Below the pieces are notes generated by a model, which ran no database searches, had not been told where the DNA came from, and saw only the letters and a list, made by a program, of their open reading frames with translations. A stretch of 63,497 nucleotides of DNA, filler included. It is 6 parts of 6 records of this genome, joined end to end, with 100 filler letters (N's around TTAATTAATTAA, not from the genome) between each part and the next. Parts side by side here need not be neighbours in the genome. Positions count along the whole stretch, not along the records: positions 1 to 10,189 come from SRR2962707_4890; positions 10,290 to 15,891 come from SRR2962707_4893; 4 more parts are not named here. The stretch is one strand, 5' to 3'. Positions 1 to 10,290 of the stretch are shown here, piece after piece (within the stretch, counting starts at the first letter, position 1; the number at the start of each line of letters is the position of its first letter). Both the position numbers and the translations under genes were made by a program.

Positions 1-513
1 CGCCATGGCGATCATCACGCGCTGCCGTTGCCCGCCCGACAATTGATGCGGATAGGCCCCCAAACGGGTTTCTGCATCGTTGATCCCGACCTTGTTCAGC
101 AGTTCAAGAATCCGCTGCCGCGCCGCCCGGCCAACCACACCTTGATGCAGGGCAAGCGATTCCCCCAACTGCTTTTCAATCGTATGCAGCGGGTTCAGCG
201 ATGTCATAGGCTCTTGAAAAATAAAACTAATATCGTTCCCGCGGACCTTGCGCAGCAGGTCATCCCCTGCCCCGATCATCTGCTGCCCGTCATAAAGAAC
301 AGAGCCCGACACCTCGGCGCTGTCACCCAACAGCGACACCGTACTAAGCGCCGATACGGATTTTCCCGACCCGGATTCACCGACCAAGGCAACGGTCTCG
401 CCACGCTCAAGCGTAAAGGAAACGCCCTTAACGGCCTGCGTTAAAGCCCCCTCCTGACGAAAGGAAACACGCAGGTTTTGAACCTCGAGCAAGGCGGGTT
501 TTATATCGGTCAT
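1..513 (-). CDS. yejF: ABC transporter ATP-binding protein, YejF-like (partial; runs off the window start)
   Basis: Manual translation from ATG at 513: MTDIKPALLEVQNLRVSF...LVGESGSGKSVSA (Walker A)...FQEPMTSLNPLH...YPHQLSGGQRQRVMIAMA. Lies downstream of yejABE; not in the ORF track. Confidence 0.9.
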   Translation of the reverse strand, partial: MTDIKPALLEVQNLRVSFRQEGALTQAVKGVSFTLERGETVALVGESGSGKSVSALSTVSLLGDSAEVSGSVLYDGQQMIGAGDDLLRKVRGNDISFIFQEPMTSLNPLHTIEKQLGESLALHQGVVGRAARQRILELLNKVGINDAETRLGAYPHQLSGGQRQRVMIAMA

Positions 514-809
514 GGTACAAACACCGTCAAAGCATACACGCCCCACGCCGCCATCGGGGCGCATAAGAGCCGCAGCCAGACCGGGGGCAATCTGATCAAC
601 GCGACGCTCCAACATCCCAAAAGCACGACCAGCGTGGTTGGCAAAAACCGCGTTTCAAGAACGCGAAACAGAAACCCGACCGTATCGCCCGGCGCCAAAA
701 ACACCGCGCGGATCAGCCAAAGCGTTACCCCGATCGCCACGGTTACCGACACGGCATAGATCAACGTGGCGGCTATTTCCGGAACCGACCGGCGCATGTC
801 ACCGCTCAT
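510..809 (-). CDS. Small hypothetical membrane protein (99 aa, about 3 hydrophobic segments) between yejE and yejF
   Basis: Fills the yejE-yejF gap exactly, with ATGA start/stop overlaps at both ends (806-809 and 510-513). Confidence 0.75.
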   Translation of the reverse strand: MSGDMRRSVPEIAATLIYAVSVTVAIGVTLWLIRAVFLAPGDTVGFLFRVLETRFLPTTLVVLLGCWSVALIRLPPVWLRLLCAPMAAWGVYALTVFVP

Positions 810-1912
810 GAGAAAGTCTTTCTTGGGTCGAATGCATCGCGGATCCCTTCAAAGATAAAGATCAGCAAAGACAACATGATGGCAAAGGTGAAGAACGCTG
901 TGAATGCCAACCAAGGCGCTTGCAGGTTCTGTTTCGCTTGCAATGTCAGCTCGCCCAGTGACGGTGCCGAGGATGGCAAACCAAAGCCCAAAAAGTCGAG
1001 GATGGCGAGCGTGCTGATCGTGCCCGTGATGATAAAGGGCAGCATTGTCAGCAGCGCCACCATCGCGTTGGGCAGCATGTGACGGAACATGATCGTCACG
1101 TTCCCAACCCCAAGCGCGCGCGCGGCCCGCACATATTCAAGGTTCCGCGCACGCAAGAATTCGGCGCGCACAACGCCCACCAACGACGTCCAACTGAACA
1201 GAACCAGCAAGAACACCAGCAGCCAGAAACTGCGCCCCAAAATAGCGAACATAATGATGATCACATACAGCGACGGGGTAGACGACCAGATCTCGATGAC
1301 CCGTTGGAAAATCAGATCGGTCCAGCCGCCAAAGAACCCCTGAACAGCGCCCGCAATAATACCGATCAACGATGCCGCACCCGTCACAATCAAGGTAAAC
1401 AGGATCGACAACCGGAACCCGTGAATGACCCGCGCCAACACGTCGCGCTTGGTGCCATCTGTGCCCAGCAGGTTTTGACGGTTGGGCGGCAACGGTGCCG
1501 CACCGGGGCGGTCAACAGCCGTGTTAAACGAATAGGGGATCAGCGGCCAAATCGACCAGCCTTTTTCAATCGCTTGGCCGTCAATTTCCCCGTCTTGCGC
1601 GTCCTCGATCATCTGATCGGGGTCGTCAAAACAGCCCACCATGCCCCCGGTCGCGATCAGGCATTTCACCTCGGGGTCGCGATAAACGGCTTCGGTCTGG
1701 AAATCGCCGCCAAACGCCGTTTCAGGATAAAACTGAAAGATCGGCATAAAATATTCGCCGCGATAATTCACCAAGATCGGTTTGTCGTTCGCCACGAACT
1801 CGGCGAACAGCGAAATCCCGAACAGGATCGCGAAAATCCAAAGGCTCCAATAGGCGCGGCGGTTGCGGGTGAAATTGTGCCAGCGGCGCTGGTTGAGGGG
1901 GGATAATGCCAT
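806..1912 (-). CDS. yejE: ABC transporter permease YejE
   Basis: MALSPLNQRRWHNF..., ANDKPILV, YPETAFGG, LGTD..RDV, EAA loop (EYVRAARALG), DAFDPRK end. Confidence 0.93.
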   Translation of the reverse strand: MALSPLNQRRWHNFTRNRRAYWSLWIFAILFGISLFAEFVANDKPILVNYRGEYFMPIFQFYPETAFGGDFQTEAVYRDPEVKCLIATGGMVGCFDDPDQMIEDAQDGEIDGQAIEKGWSIWPLIPYSFNTAVDRPGAAPLPPNRQNLLGTDGTKRDVLARVIHGFRLSILFTLIVTGAASLIGIIAGAVQGFFGGWTDLIFQRVIEIWSSTPSLYVIIIMFAILGRSFWLLVFLLVLFSWTSLVGVVRAEFLRARNLEYVRAARALGVGNVTIMFRHMLPNAMVALLTMLPFIITGTISTLAILDFLGFGLPSSAPSLGELTLQAKQNLQAPWLAFTAFFTFAIMLSLLIFIFEGIRDAFDPRKTFS

Positions 1913-1916
1913 CAGA

Positions 1917-3005
1917 TCATCCCTCGCGCCGCTCAAAGTCGATCCGGGGATCAACGAATACATACATCAGATCAGACAGAATACCGACCACCAGCCCCAT
2001 CAAACCAAAGATAAACAAGGTGCCAAACACGATGGGGTAATCACGGGCAACCGCTGCTTCGAAACCCAAACGGCCCAACCCATCAAGGCTGAATATCGTC
2101 TCGATAATCAACGACCCGCCAAAGAACACGCTGATGAAAACCGCAGGGAACCCCGCAATCACAATCAGCATCGCGTTGCGGAAAACATGACCATACAACA
2201 CCTTGCGCTCCGACAATCCCTTGGCCCGCGCCGTCATCACATATTGTTTTTTGATCTCGTCCAGAAAGCTGTTTTTCGTCAGCAAGGTCAGCGTCGCAAA
2301 GGCCGATATGGTGGATGCCAACACCGGCAAAGTGATGTGCCAGAAATAATCGCCGACCTTGGCCAGCGGGCTAAGCTGGTCGAAATTGTCAGATGTCAGC
2401 CCCCGCAGCGGAAATATCTGCCAATAGGACCCGCCGGCAAACAACACCAGCAGCAAAATCGCGAACAAAAACCCCGGGATCGCATAGGCCGCAATGATGG
2501 CACCCGATGTCCACGTGTCAAAGGCCGTGCCGTCCTTGACCGCCTTGCGGATACCCAGCGGGATCGACACCAGATAGGCAATCACCGTTGACCATAACCC
2601 CAGCGTAATCGACACCGGCAGCTTTTCCTTCACCAGATCAATCACACTGATCGACCTGAAATAGCTCTCTCCGAAATCAAAGCGCATATAGTTCCACATC
2701 ATGGTCAGGAACCGCTCGACCGGGGGCTTGTCGAACCCAAACTCTTTCTCGAGTTCGGCGATAAATTCAGGGGGCAATCCACGCGCGCCAACATAGTTGT
2801 CATTGGCCGCCGCAACATCCGCATTGCCTGCGTCATTCCCCCCGCCCGAGAAGCCTTCGAACACGTCGCCGCCGCCTTGAATACGGGCGATTGCCTGCTC
2901 AACCGGGCCGCCGGGCACGAACTGCACCAGCGCAAAGTTGATCAGCATAATCCCGATCAATGTCGGAATAATCAGCAATAGCCGTCGAAGAATATAAGCG
3001 CCCAT
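1917..3005 (-). CDS. yejB: ABC transporter permease YejB
   Basis: [16 protein letters not shown]...[35 protein letters not shown]. Confidence 0.95.
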   Translation of the reverse strand: MGAYILRRLLLIIPTLIGIMLINFALVQFVPGGPVEQAIARIQGGGDVFEGFSGGGNDAGNADVAAANDNYVGARGLPPEFIAELEKEFGFDKPPVERFLTMMWNYMRFDFGESYFRSISVIDLVKEKLPVSITLGLWSTVIAYLVSIPLGIRKAVKDGTAFDTWTSGAIIAAYAIPGFLFAILLLVLFAGGSYWQIFPLRGLTSDNFDQLSPLAKVGDYFWHITLPVLASTISAFATLTLLTKNSFLDEIKKQYVMTARAKGLSERKVLYGHVFRNAMLIVIAGFPAVFISVFFGGSLIIETIFSLDGLGRLGFEAAVARDYPIVFGTLFIFGLMGLVVGILSDLMYVFVDPRIDFERREG

Positions 3006-3014
3006 ATGCGGCGT

Positions 3015-4946
3015 TTACCTCAGCGCACCAGCGGCACGCAAGGCCGCTGCTTTGTCTGCATTGTACCACCAGAAATCGAGATAGCCCAAGGCATAGGCAG
3101 GCTGGGTTTCGGGGTGCTCGTACTGGTCATAATACGCCGTCCAAAAGCTGTCGTTGTACCATGTCGGGGTCATGATGAATTCGTGACGCAAGGCACGGTC
3201 CAATGCCATCAGGCTGGCGTGTTCCTCATCCCTGGTTTGCGCGGCAAGGGACACCTCGATAATCGCGTCCACCATCGGGCTGGCCAATCCTGCGGGGTTG
3301 AACAGCGAATAGCTGGCCGCCTCTGACCCAAAGAACTGTGCAAGACCTGTGCCGGTGCCCAGAAACGCCGGGTAGTCACCATAAATCAGGTCATAATCGC
3401 GGTCCCGTTCGCGGGCCGTATATTGCGAGCTGTCGACTTTTTCGAGGACTGCATCGATGCCCATATTCGTCAGGTTCGACATAAAGTTTTCCATAATCGC
3501 CGATAGCGTGGGCGACCCGGATGAATTCAGCAAAAACGTCAGGCGCAGCGGTTTACCATTTGCGTCATAGCGTTTGCCATCCGTCCCAACGGCCCATCCG
3601 GCATCATCCAGCAGTTTCATCGCGCGGCGCAGATTGCGGCGATCCAACAGGCGAGACGGATCAGAGCTGTGCGGCACAACGGCATCTTCGCTCAGCATTT
3701 CAGCGGGAACCACATCGCCAAGCTTTTCCAGCAGGGCCAGTTCCATGCCTTGCGGCTTTCCACTGGCCATCAAATGCGTGTCCTGAATGTAAGACGCGCG
3801 CGGTTTGAACAACCCGTATTGCAGCGATTCATTCGTCCATTCAAAGTTAAAGCCCAATGCAACAGCCTCGCGCACGCGTTTGTCTTGCAAAACCTCGCGG
3901 CCAAGGTTGAACACAATGCCCGCAGGTGCTGGCGGCGATCCGTCAGCGATCTCGTCCTTCACCACATAGCCGGCATCGACTTTGGGGAAATCATAGGCCG
4001 ACGCCCATTGCTTTGAGCTCCCCTCGGCACGGAATGTGTATTCGCCCGCTTTAAACGCCTCGAACGCCGAATTTTCGTCGCCGAAATATTCGACACGAAT
4101 CGTATCAAAGTTATTGCGGCCCACATTGAACGGCAGGTCAGCGCCCCAGTAATCAGGGTTGCGTTTGTAGACGATACGCCGGTTCACATCGACCGTGTCG
4201 ACCATATAGGGCCCCGATCCGGGCGACGTCATCAACCGGGATTCGTCCAGCCGCGCGCCGGTTTCGTCGAACCATTTTTTCGACCACGCGGGCACGCCGC
4301 CCACTTGTTCAATCAGGCTGCGGCGCGAAATGCCGGGGGTAAAGTAGAATTTGACCGTATAATCATCAAGCGCCTCGACCTTGGGGATGCGTTTACGCAC
4401 GGCATCGCCATAGGATTTCAGGCCCTGATCCAACAGCAGGTTGTGGCTGAACACGATGTCATGCGCGGTAACCGGATCGCCTGTCGAAAACGTGGCATCC
4501 TTGCGCATGTGAAAAATCACCCAATCCTTGCTTTCGGGGTACTCAAGGCTTTCACACAGCAGGCAATAGCTCTCGCCGTAAACATCCGCAGGCGTGGTTT
4601 CCCCACCCACACCTTCGCCCAGCAGGCTTTCATACATGGTGGTGCTTAACGCGCCCCCACGACCCTTGCGTGAATAGGGGTTCATCGAATCAAACGTCCC
4701 AAGGGTCGAAATCGAAATCTCGCCGCCCTTGGGGGCATCGGGGTTCACATAGTCGAAATGCGGGTAGTCGGCGGGGTATTTCAGATCGCCGTAAAACGAA
4801 TAGCCGTGACTGCGGATGATCTTGCCCTCTTGGGCATAGGCCGCGACGCCCACCAGCATGGCACCCAACGTCAAAAACATCATCCAAAGCGTTTGAGATG
4901 TCATAGTGCGGGCGCGAATTGCAGCGCGGGCATGGGTCCGGGGCAT
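3015..4946 (-). CDS. yejA: Family 5 extracellular solute-binding protein YejA
   Basis: Signal peptide, then KYPADYPHFDYVNPDAPKGG, GTFDSMNP, GSGPY, LDRALR. Start taken at MPRTH (4946); a slightly later Met is possible. Confidence 0.92.
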   Translation of the reverse strand: MPRTHARAAIRARTMTSQTLWMMFLTLGAMLVGVAAYAQEGKIIRSHGYSFYGDLKYPADYPHFDYVNPDAPKGGEISISTLGTFDSMNPYSRKGRGGALSTTMYESLLGEGVGGETTPADVYGESYCLLCESLEYPESKDWVIFHMRKDATFSTGDPVTAHDIVFSHNLLLDQGLKSYGDAVRKRIPKVEALDDYTVKFYFTPGISRRSLIEQVGGVPAWSKKWFDETGARLDESRLMTSPGSGPYMVDTVDVNRRIVYKRNPDYWGADLPFNVGRNNFDTIRVEYFGDENSAFEAFKAGEYTFRAEGSSKQWASAYDFPKVDAGYVVKDEIADGSPPAPAGIVFNLGREVLQDKRVREAVALGFNFEWTNESLQYGLFKPRASYIQDTHLMASGKPQGMELALLEKLGDVVPAEMLSEDAVVPHSSDPSRLLDRRNLRRAMKLLDDAGWAVGTDGKRYDANGKPLRLTFLLNSSGSPTLSAIMENFMSNLTNMGIDAVLEKVDSSQYTARERDRDYDLIYGDYPAFLGTGTGLAQFFGSEAASYSLFNPAGLASPMVDAIIEVSLAAQTRDEEHASLMALDRALRHEFIMTPTWYNDSFWTAYYDQYEHPETQPAYALGYLDFWWYNADKAAALRAAGALR

Positions 4947-5067
4947 CAGGGTTTCCTTTGCAAAATCATCGTGTCGGCGGTGCCGTTCGTGCACCCAAGC
5001 TAACGGCGCAGAACGCCAAGATACAAGTTGCGAATATGTTATCTGATTGAAATCCGACCGCGAAACG

Positions 5068-5098
5068 CAAAAGGCCGCCCACAATGGGGCGGCCCTTC
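5068..5098 (-). terminator. Rho-independent terminator of the cytochrome c gene
   Basis: GGCCGCCC/GGGCGGCC stem (5073-5094) followed by TTTT on the minus strand, just after the stop at 5118. Confidence 0.75.
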
Positions 5099-5117
5099 GT
5101 AATACCTAAGTGGCAGA

Positions 5118-5627
5118 TCAGCCGTCGAGGCTGTCCAGATATGCGATCACGTTCGCACGATCTTCAATCTTGCCAAGACCAGAGAAGCCCATGGTGGTGC
5201 CGGGTGCAAATGCAGCTGGCTTGGTCAGGAATTTGTTCAGATTCTCAGGCGTCCAAACATCGGCGGATTTTTCAAGGTTACCCGAGTAGGCTGCAAAACC
5301 TTCAGCGCTATCCACGGGGCGGCCTACGACACCATACAGATACGGGCCAACCGCGTTTTCGCCTTTTCCAACCTTGTGGCAAGCACCGCATTTGCGGAAT
5401 ACTTTTTCACCGGCACCAATGTCGGCAGACGCCAACACAGCCGAGAAATCAACGGCATCTTCAGCCGGTTCATCGCCGCCAGCCGAGGCGACTTCGACAA
5501 CATATCCCGCGTCACCATGCACTTCGGCGTGGTAAATTTCTTCGCTGGCGAACTTGCCAAGCAACAGAATAAGCCAAGCCCCGAACAGGCCGGCAGCTAC
5601 TTTAGTGATCGTCATTGTATCGAACAT
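5118..5627 (-). CDS. cycM: Membrane-anchored class I cytochrome c (cytochrome cy/CycM-like)
   Basis: MFDTMTITK N-terminal TM anchor, acidic linker, CGACH haem motif, GPYLYGVVGR, PGTTM axial Met. Confidence 0.9.
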   Translation of the reverse strand: MFDTMTITKVAAGLFGAWLILLLGKFASEEIYHAEVHGDAGYVVEVASAGGDEPAEDAVDFSAVLASADIGAGEKVFRKCGACHKVGKGENAVGPYLYGVVGRPVDSAEGFAAYSGNLEKSADVWTPENLNKFLTKPAAFAPGTTMGFSGLGKIEDRANVIAYLDSLDG

Positions 5628-5759
5628 GCGTGAAGGTCCATCGTTGGTATTCGGGCATAGGGTTGTCCGCGTATCTATTGCTTTCCCTCCGTCGGGGCAA
5701 GGTGTAGTTACCCCTACGAAGCGCTGACAATAGTAAAGGTCTGATAAAGGACGCCCGAA

Positions 5760-6605
5760 ATGAGCCAAAAAAACTCTCCTCGTATCGCTTTTCAGGGGGC
5801 TTTGGGCGCTTATAGCCACGAGGCATGCCTACAAGCGCGCCCCGACATGATTCCCGTCCCCTGCCTAACCTTCGAGGATGTTTTCCTTGCCGTAAGCGAT
5901 GGCCGCGCGGATCTGGCCATGCTTCCTGTCGAAAATACAACCTACGGGCGGGTGGCCGATATCCACCGTTTGCTGCCTAAAAGCGGGCTGCACATCATCG
6001 CCGAGGCATTCGTGCGGGTGCGTATTTGCCTGATGGCAAAACCCGGCGTAGCGCTTGAGGATATTAAACTGGCCCGCGCGCATATGGTGCTGATTCCGCA
6101 GGCACGCAGTTGGCTGGATGCCCATGGAATCGCATCGGAATCCGCCAAAGACAGCGCCGGTGCCGCTGAGGAACTGGCCGCCTCGGAAGACCGCAATATC
6201 GGCGTATTGGCCAGCGAAGTCGCCGCCGATATTCACGGGCTGAACGTGCTGGCGCGCGATATCGAAGACCTTGATCACAACACCACGCGGTTCTTGCTGA
6301 TGGCACCCGACATCGACACCACACGCCGCGCTGAAAAAATGCTGACAACCTTCGTGTTCGAAGTCCGCAACATCCCCGCCGCCTTGTACAAAGCGATGGG
6401 CGGTTTTGCCACGAACGGCATCAACATGACCAAGCTTGAAAGCTATATGGTTGGCGGATCATTCACCGCGACCCAGTTCTATTCCGACATCGAGGGGCAC
6501 CCCGATGACCCCGCCGTGCAACGCGCGCTGGAAGAGCTGGGCTACTTCACCAATATGCTGGAAATTCTGGGCGTCTATCCGGCCGACCCCGACCGGCAAA
6601 ACTGA
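5760..6605 (+). CDS. pheA: Prephenate dehydratase
   Basis: IAFQGALGAYSH, LPVENT, NTTRF, C-terminal ACT domain (INMTKLES). Confidence 0.95.
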   Translation: MSQKNSPRIAFQGALGAYSHEACLQARPDMIPVPCLTFEDVFLAVSDGRADLAMLPVENTTYGRVADIHRLLPKSGLHIIAEAFVRVRICLMAKPGVALEDIKLARAHMVLIPQARSWLDAHGIASESAKDSAGAAEELAASEDRNIGVLASEVAADIHGLNVLARDIEDLDHNTTRFLLMAPDIDTTRRAEKMLTTFVFEVRNIPAALYKAMGGFATNGINMTKLESYMVGGSFTATQFYSDIEGHPDDPAVQRALEELGYFTNMLEILGVYPADPDRQN

Positions 6606-6627
6606 TAAAAACGCGGATCAGCAGCCC

Positions 6628-7095
6628 TTATTTGGACTGCTGATAACGCTCTTCCATGTCTTTGGTATATCCGGCAACAGCCCGTTTGAATTTCTTGGTC
6701 AACGATGTTTTGGCCAGCTTCAAGGATTGCACCAGCAGACGTGCCGACAGGGTTTTCGGCTTGATCTCAATGCTCGCCGCGACCCGTGTGCGGCTGCGGG
6801 ACAAGGCCAACAAGTCAAACGACACAGCGCCCAGCAACCCCGGAGACATCGATTCAAGACAAATCTCGGTCGGGTGTTCAAAGGTCACCATTTCGACCTC
6901 GATATCACGGCGTTTGCCGCGCATATCAAATGCGGCTTCCCATTTCATACCGGTGCCCGGCTCGGTCATCGTGTCAACCCGCCGTACTTCTGCGCCGCGC
7001 CGCATGGCCGCGCGTTCAAACGTGTCAAACTCGCACAGCATTTCGAACACCGCATCAATAGGTACGTCGATATCTTCTTTCGTCGAAAACTTCAT
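6628..7095 (-). CDS. SRPBCC/START-like family protein
   Basis: MKFSTKEDIDVPIDAVFEML..DF pattern typical of an SRPBCC fold; follows nudC. Confidence 0.75.
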   Translation of the reverse strand: MKFSTKEDIDVPIDAVFEMLCEFDTFERAAMRRGAEVRRVDTMTEPGTGMKWEAAFDMRGKRRDIEVEMVTFEHPTEICLESMSPGLLGAVSFDLLALSRSRTRVAASIEIKPKTLSARLLVQSLKLAKTSLTKKFKRAVAGYTKDMEERYQQSK

Positions 7096-7129
7096 ACTAC
7101 CGCCCAAAATAACCTAACGAAACATCACC

Positions 7130-8098
7130 TTAATCAAGCGTATCCGCAAGCCAGTTTTCCAGCAAGAAATGCGCAATCGCCCCTTTGCGGGCTGGCAGGA
7201 TCGTGGTGTGCTGTCCGGCAAATACATCCAACATCTCTTCGCGTGTGACCCAAACCGCGTCTTCGATTTCTTTGGGGTCAATGGTGATTTCAGTGCTGGT
7301 TGCGACGCCTGCACAGCCAAACATCAGCGACGCGGGAAAGGGCCATGGCTGGCTCGCCAGATAGCTAACCTCGCCCACATGCACGCCTGATTCTTCGAAC
7401 ACTTCCCGGCGCACGGCGGCTTCCAATGTCTCGCCCGGCTCGACGAAACCGGCCAGCAGCGAATACATCCCCGCAGGCCAGCCCGGCGACCGCCCCATAA
7501 GAACCGAATTACCATGTGTAATCAGCATGATAACCACAGGGTCAGTGCGCGGAAAATGGGACGCGCGACAGGCCGGGCAATTGCGCTGCCAGCCCGCATC
7601 ATTAATCACAGTCTCGAACCCGCAGCGCGCGCAAAATCCGTGGATGTCATGCCACGCCAAGATCGCCTTGCCGGTCGCTGCCAGTTCGGCATCGCGGGGG
7701 TCCAACCATGTCATCACGCGGCGCAATTCGACAAACACATAGTCCTGCGGCAGCAATGGATGGTGCTGTTCGCTTGGGTCCATGAATTGCCCCAACTGCC
7801 GTGGATCAACATCATCGGGCATCCACTGCGACAGGTCATAGGCAAACCGCGCTGCGCCGTCTTCTCGGCCCAGCAGAATTGGTGTACCGCGGGCGTCATC
7901 AAGCGCCGGATGATCTAGCGGTAAACGCACAAGGGACGCAGGGCGTGTGGGATCGATAAGAACCTTGCCCCGCCAGAACAAAATCGCGCGCGCAGCGTCA
8001 TCCGCCATCAGCGCCGCAACAGCGTCTTTATCGCCGCGAACCTCGCCCGCACGGTCCAGCGATGATCCCCCAAATGTTACTGTCTCAGCGTGCTTCAT
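7130..8098 (-). CDS. nudC: NAD(H) diphosphatase NudC
   Basis: Zn ribbon FCARCG...CPAC, FPRTDP, Nudix box GFVEPGETLEAAVRREVFEESG, SQPWPFP. Start MKHAETVTFGG. Confidence 0.95.
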   Translation of the reverse strand: MKHAETVTFGGSSLDRAGEVRGDKDAVAALMADDAARAILFWRGKVLIDPTRPASLVRLPLDHPALDDARGTPILLGREDGAARFAYDLSQWMPDDVDPRQLGQFMDPSEQHHPLLPQDYVFVELRRVMTWLDPRDAELAATGKAILAWHDIHGFCARCGFETVINDAGWQRNCPACRASHFPRTDPVVIMLITHGNSVLMGRSPGWPAGMYSLLAGFVEPGETLEAAVRREVFEESGVHVGEVSYLASQPWPFPASLMFGCAGVATSTEITIDPKEIEDAVWVTREEMLDVFAGQHTTILPARKGAIAHFLLENWLADTLD

Positions 8099-8317
8099 AC
8101 CGTCCCTCAAATCCAGTTCCCACCCTGAGTAGTCAGCATCAGCCCCAAAGCCAAGCCCGCCGCATAATCGCGCGAGATCCGCTTTCAATTCAGAAGAGAG
8201 AGGAATATACTGATTCAACCACAACGAGAACGCAATGCGGAGCCAGGTATTTTGACCACTTGCAACGATCCACAACGTAAGACAGCCCATGCACTCCGCC
8301 GCTAGGCCCGTCACCCA

Positions 8318-10099
8318 ATGACCCACATCACCGCGAAGCTGCGAATACTTGCCACGACAGATTTGCACATGAACCTGTCGGGGTTCGACTATGCCTGTGA
8401 CGCGCCGGGGGGCACAACGGGTCTGGCAGGCCTGTCCACGATGGTGACCGCTGCCCGCGCCGAGGCCCGGTCACAGGGGCGGTCTTCGGTGTTGCTGGAC
8501 AATGGCGATTTCTTGCAAGGGACAGCCTTGGCCGATTGGCAAAGCGAACTCGGCACCGCACCCGAGCATCCTCTCATCCGGATCCTGAACGCGATGGAAT
8601 ATGACGCCATCGGATTGGGCAATCACGATCTGGACTATGGCACCGACTATCTGTCCGGCGTGATTGATCTGCTGGACGCGCCCACCGTGTCGACCAACCT
8701 TTCGTCCGGTATCATCGCGGGTCTTCACCCCCATATCCTGCTGAAAACCAGCATAGAGACATCACAAGGGACGGCCCCCTTGACCATCGGCATCCTGTCG
8801 GCCCTGCCCGTTGAAACCGCGATCTGGAACACATCACAGTTGCCATCGGGCACCCGCATCCACGATCCCGTTGTGTCACTGGGCACCGCCGCAAAGAAAT
8901 TGCGCCAAGACGGGGCCGAGCTGATCATCGCCCTTGCCCACATGGGCATCACCCCGTCCGAGACGCAAAAGATCACTGGGAACTCAGGTGCCACGGCATT
9001 GGCGCAGGTGCCTGATATCGATGTAGTCATCGCGGGCCATACGCATCAGCGATACCCGTTGACGCCCATCACGGGAACCAGCTCCATCACTGCCGCCCCG
9101 ATCGTGATGCCGGGGCACTACGCCTCTGATCTGGGGGTGATCGACCTTGATCTGGTGCAAACATCCGGCGGCATTTGGGATATCGGACAATACACCAGCG
9201 CGCTTTGGCCCAATAAGGGCACCGTGACGCCGGACCCGACCACCATCCGCCTAAGCACCCCGGCACATCAGGCCACACGCGCCTATCTTGCGGAACCGGT
9301 CGCGGAGATCGGCTTTGACCTGCACAGCTATTTCGGGATGGTGCGCCCCACCGACACGCTTGCGCTTGCTGCGCGGTCCAAGGCGTTTGAGGTCAAACAA
9401 GGGCTGGCTGGCCACGGGTTTGACCACCTGCCCATATTGGCAACAGCAACCACCCGCACCGTCGGCGAGAGAAGCGGCCCGTCGAACTATATCCACATTC
9501 CGCAAGGGCCCGTTTTACGCCGACATCTGGCGAATTTCGCCCCAGCCACCAACCGGATTTGCGCGTTGCAGATCACTGGTTCCATGCTGCGTAACTGGCT
9601 GGAACATTCGGCCTGTGTGTACAACCAGCTAAGCCCCGATACACCGGACCAGCAACTGCGGGATGAACGTAACCCAAGCTTTATTTTTGATACGATTTAC
9701 GGGTTGGACTATGTCATCAATCCATCGCGGCCCGTTGGCGAACGGATCACATCACTGATGCACGCGGGTGCACCTGTCACTGCAGATCAGCAGTTCATTA
9801 TCGCAACGAACCATTTCCGCGCGGCAGGCGGGGGCGGCTATACAGACCTTAACCTGCCAGCCCCCCTGTTCCAAAGCGACATGACACCGGTCCAAGCGAT
9901 CGTGCAGGCCCTGCAAAGGGACGATCTTGCCGAGTGGGTGAACATCACCCCATGGCAGCTGAATTGTGGCGGGACGTTTAAGGCCGTGTTCGAATCCAGC
10001 CCCACCGCCGCGCGGTATTTTTCGCAGATCAGCGCGCTTTGTCCTGAAATACTGGGTCACACGGAAACCGGGTTCGACCGCATCCAGATCACCTTGTGA
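8318..10099 (+). CDS. 2',3'-cyclic-nucleotide 2'-phosphodiesterase / 5'-nucleotidase family protein (CpdB-like, no signal peptide)
   Basis: Metallophosphoesterase motifs TTDLH, DNGDFLQG, GNHD, AHMG, GHTH; C-terminal nucleotidase domain (ATNHFRAAGGGGY). Confidence 0.88.
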   Translation: MTHITAKLRILATTDLHMNLSGFDYACDAPGGTTGLAGLSTMVTAARAEARSQGRSSVLLDNGDFLQGTALADWQSELGTAPEHPLIRILNAMEYDAIGLGNHDLDYGTDYLSGVIDLLDAPTVSTNLSSGIIAGLHPHILLKTSIETSQGTAPLTIGILSALPVETAIWNTSQLPSGTRIHDPVVSLGTAAKKLRQDGAELIIALAHMGITPSETQKITGNSGATALAQVPDIDVVIAGHTHQRYPLTPITGTSSITAAPIVMPGHYASDLGVIDLDLVQTSGGIWDIGQYTSALWPNKGTVTPDPTTIRLSTPAHQATRAYLAEPVAEIGFDLHSYFGMVRPTDTLALAARSKAFEVKQGLAGHGFDHLPILATATTRTVGERSGPSNYIHIPQGPVLRRHLANFAPATNRICALQITGSMLRNWLEHSACVYNQLSPDTPDQQLRDERNPSFIFDTIYGLDYVINPSRPVGERITSLMHAGAPVTADQQFIIATNHFRAAGGGGYTDLNLPAPLFQSDMTPVQAIVQALQRDDLAEWVNITPWQLNCGGTFKAVFESSPTAARYFSQISALCPEILGHTETGFDRIQITL

Positions 10100-10137
10100 T
10101 CCTTGCACTTTGAAAAACGCTATACTATATGACCCTT

Positions 10138-10189
10138 GAGAGGTTGGTGCGGGCAGGTGCCTCGCCAACCCGGTCAGATCCGGAAGGAA
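10138..10189 (+). ncRNA. ffs: Signal recognition particle 4.5S RNA (5' half; truncated by contig end)
   Basis: Conserved CCCGGTCAGATCCGGAAGGAA (SRP domain IV). Upstream sigma70-like TTGCAC(10103)-N17-TATATG(10126). Confidence 0.85.
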
Positions 10190-10289
10190 NNNNNNNNNNN
10201 NNNNNNNNNNNNNNNNNNNNNNNNNNNNNNNNNTTAATTAATTAANNNNNNNNNNNNNNNNNNNNNNNNNNNNNNNNNNNNNNNNNNNN
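10190..10289. other. Artificial contig linker (N44-TTAATTAATTAA-N44)
   Basis: Six-frame stop spacer; composition and gene context change across it. Confidence 0.99.
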
Positions 10290-10290
10290 G

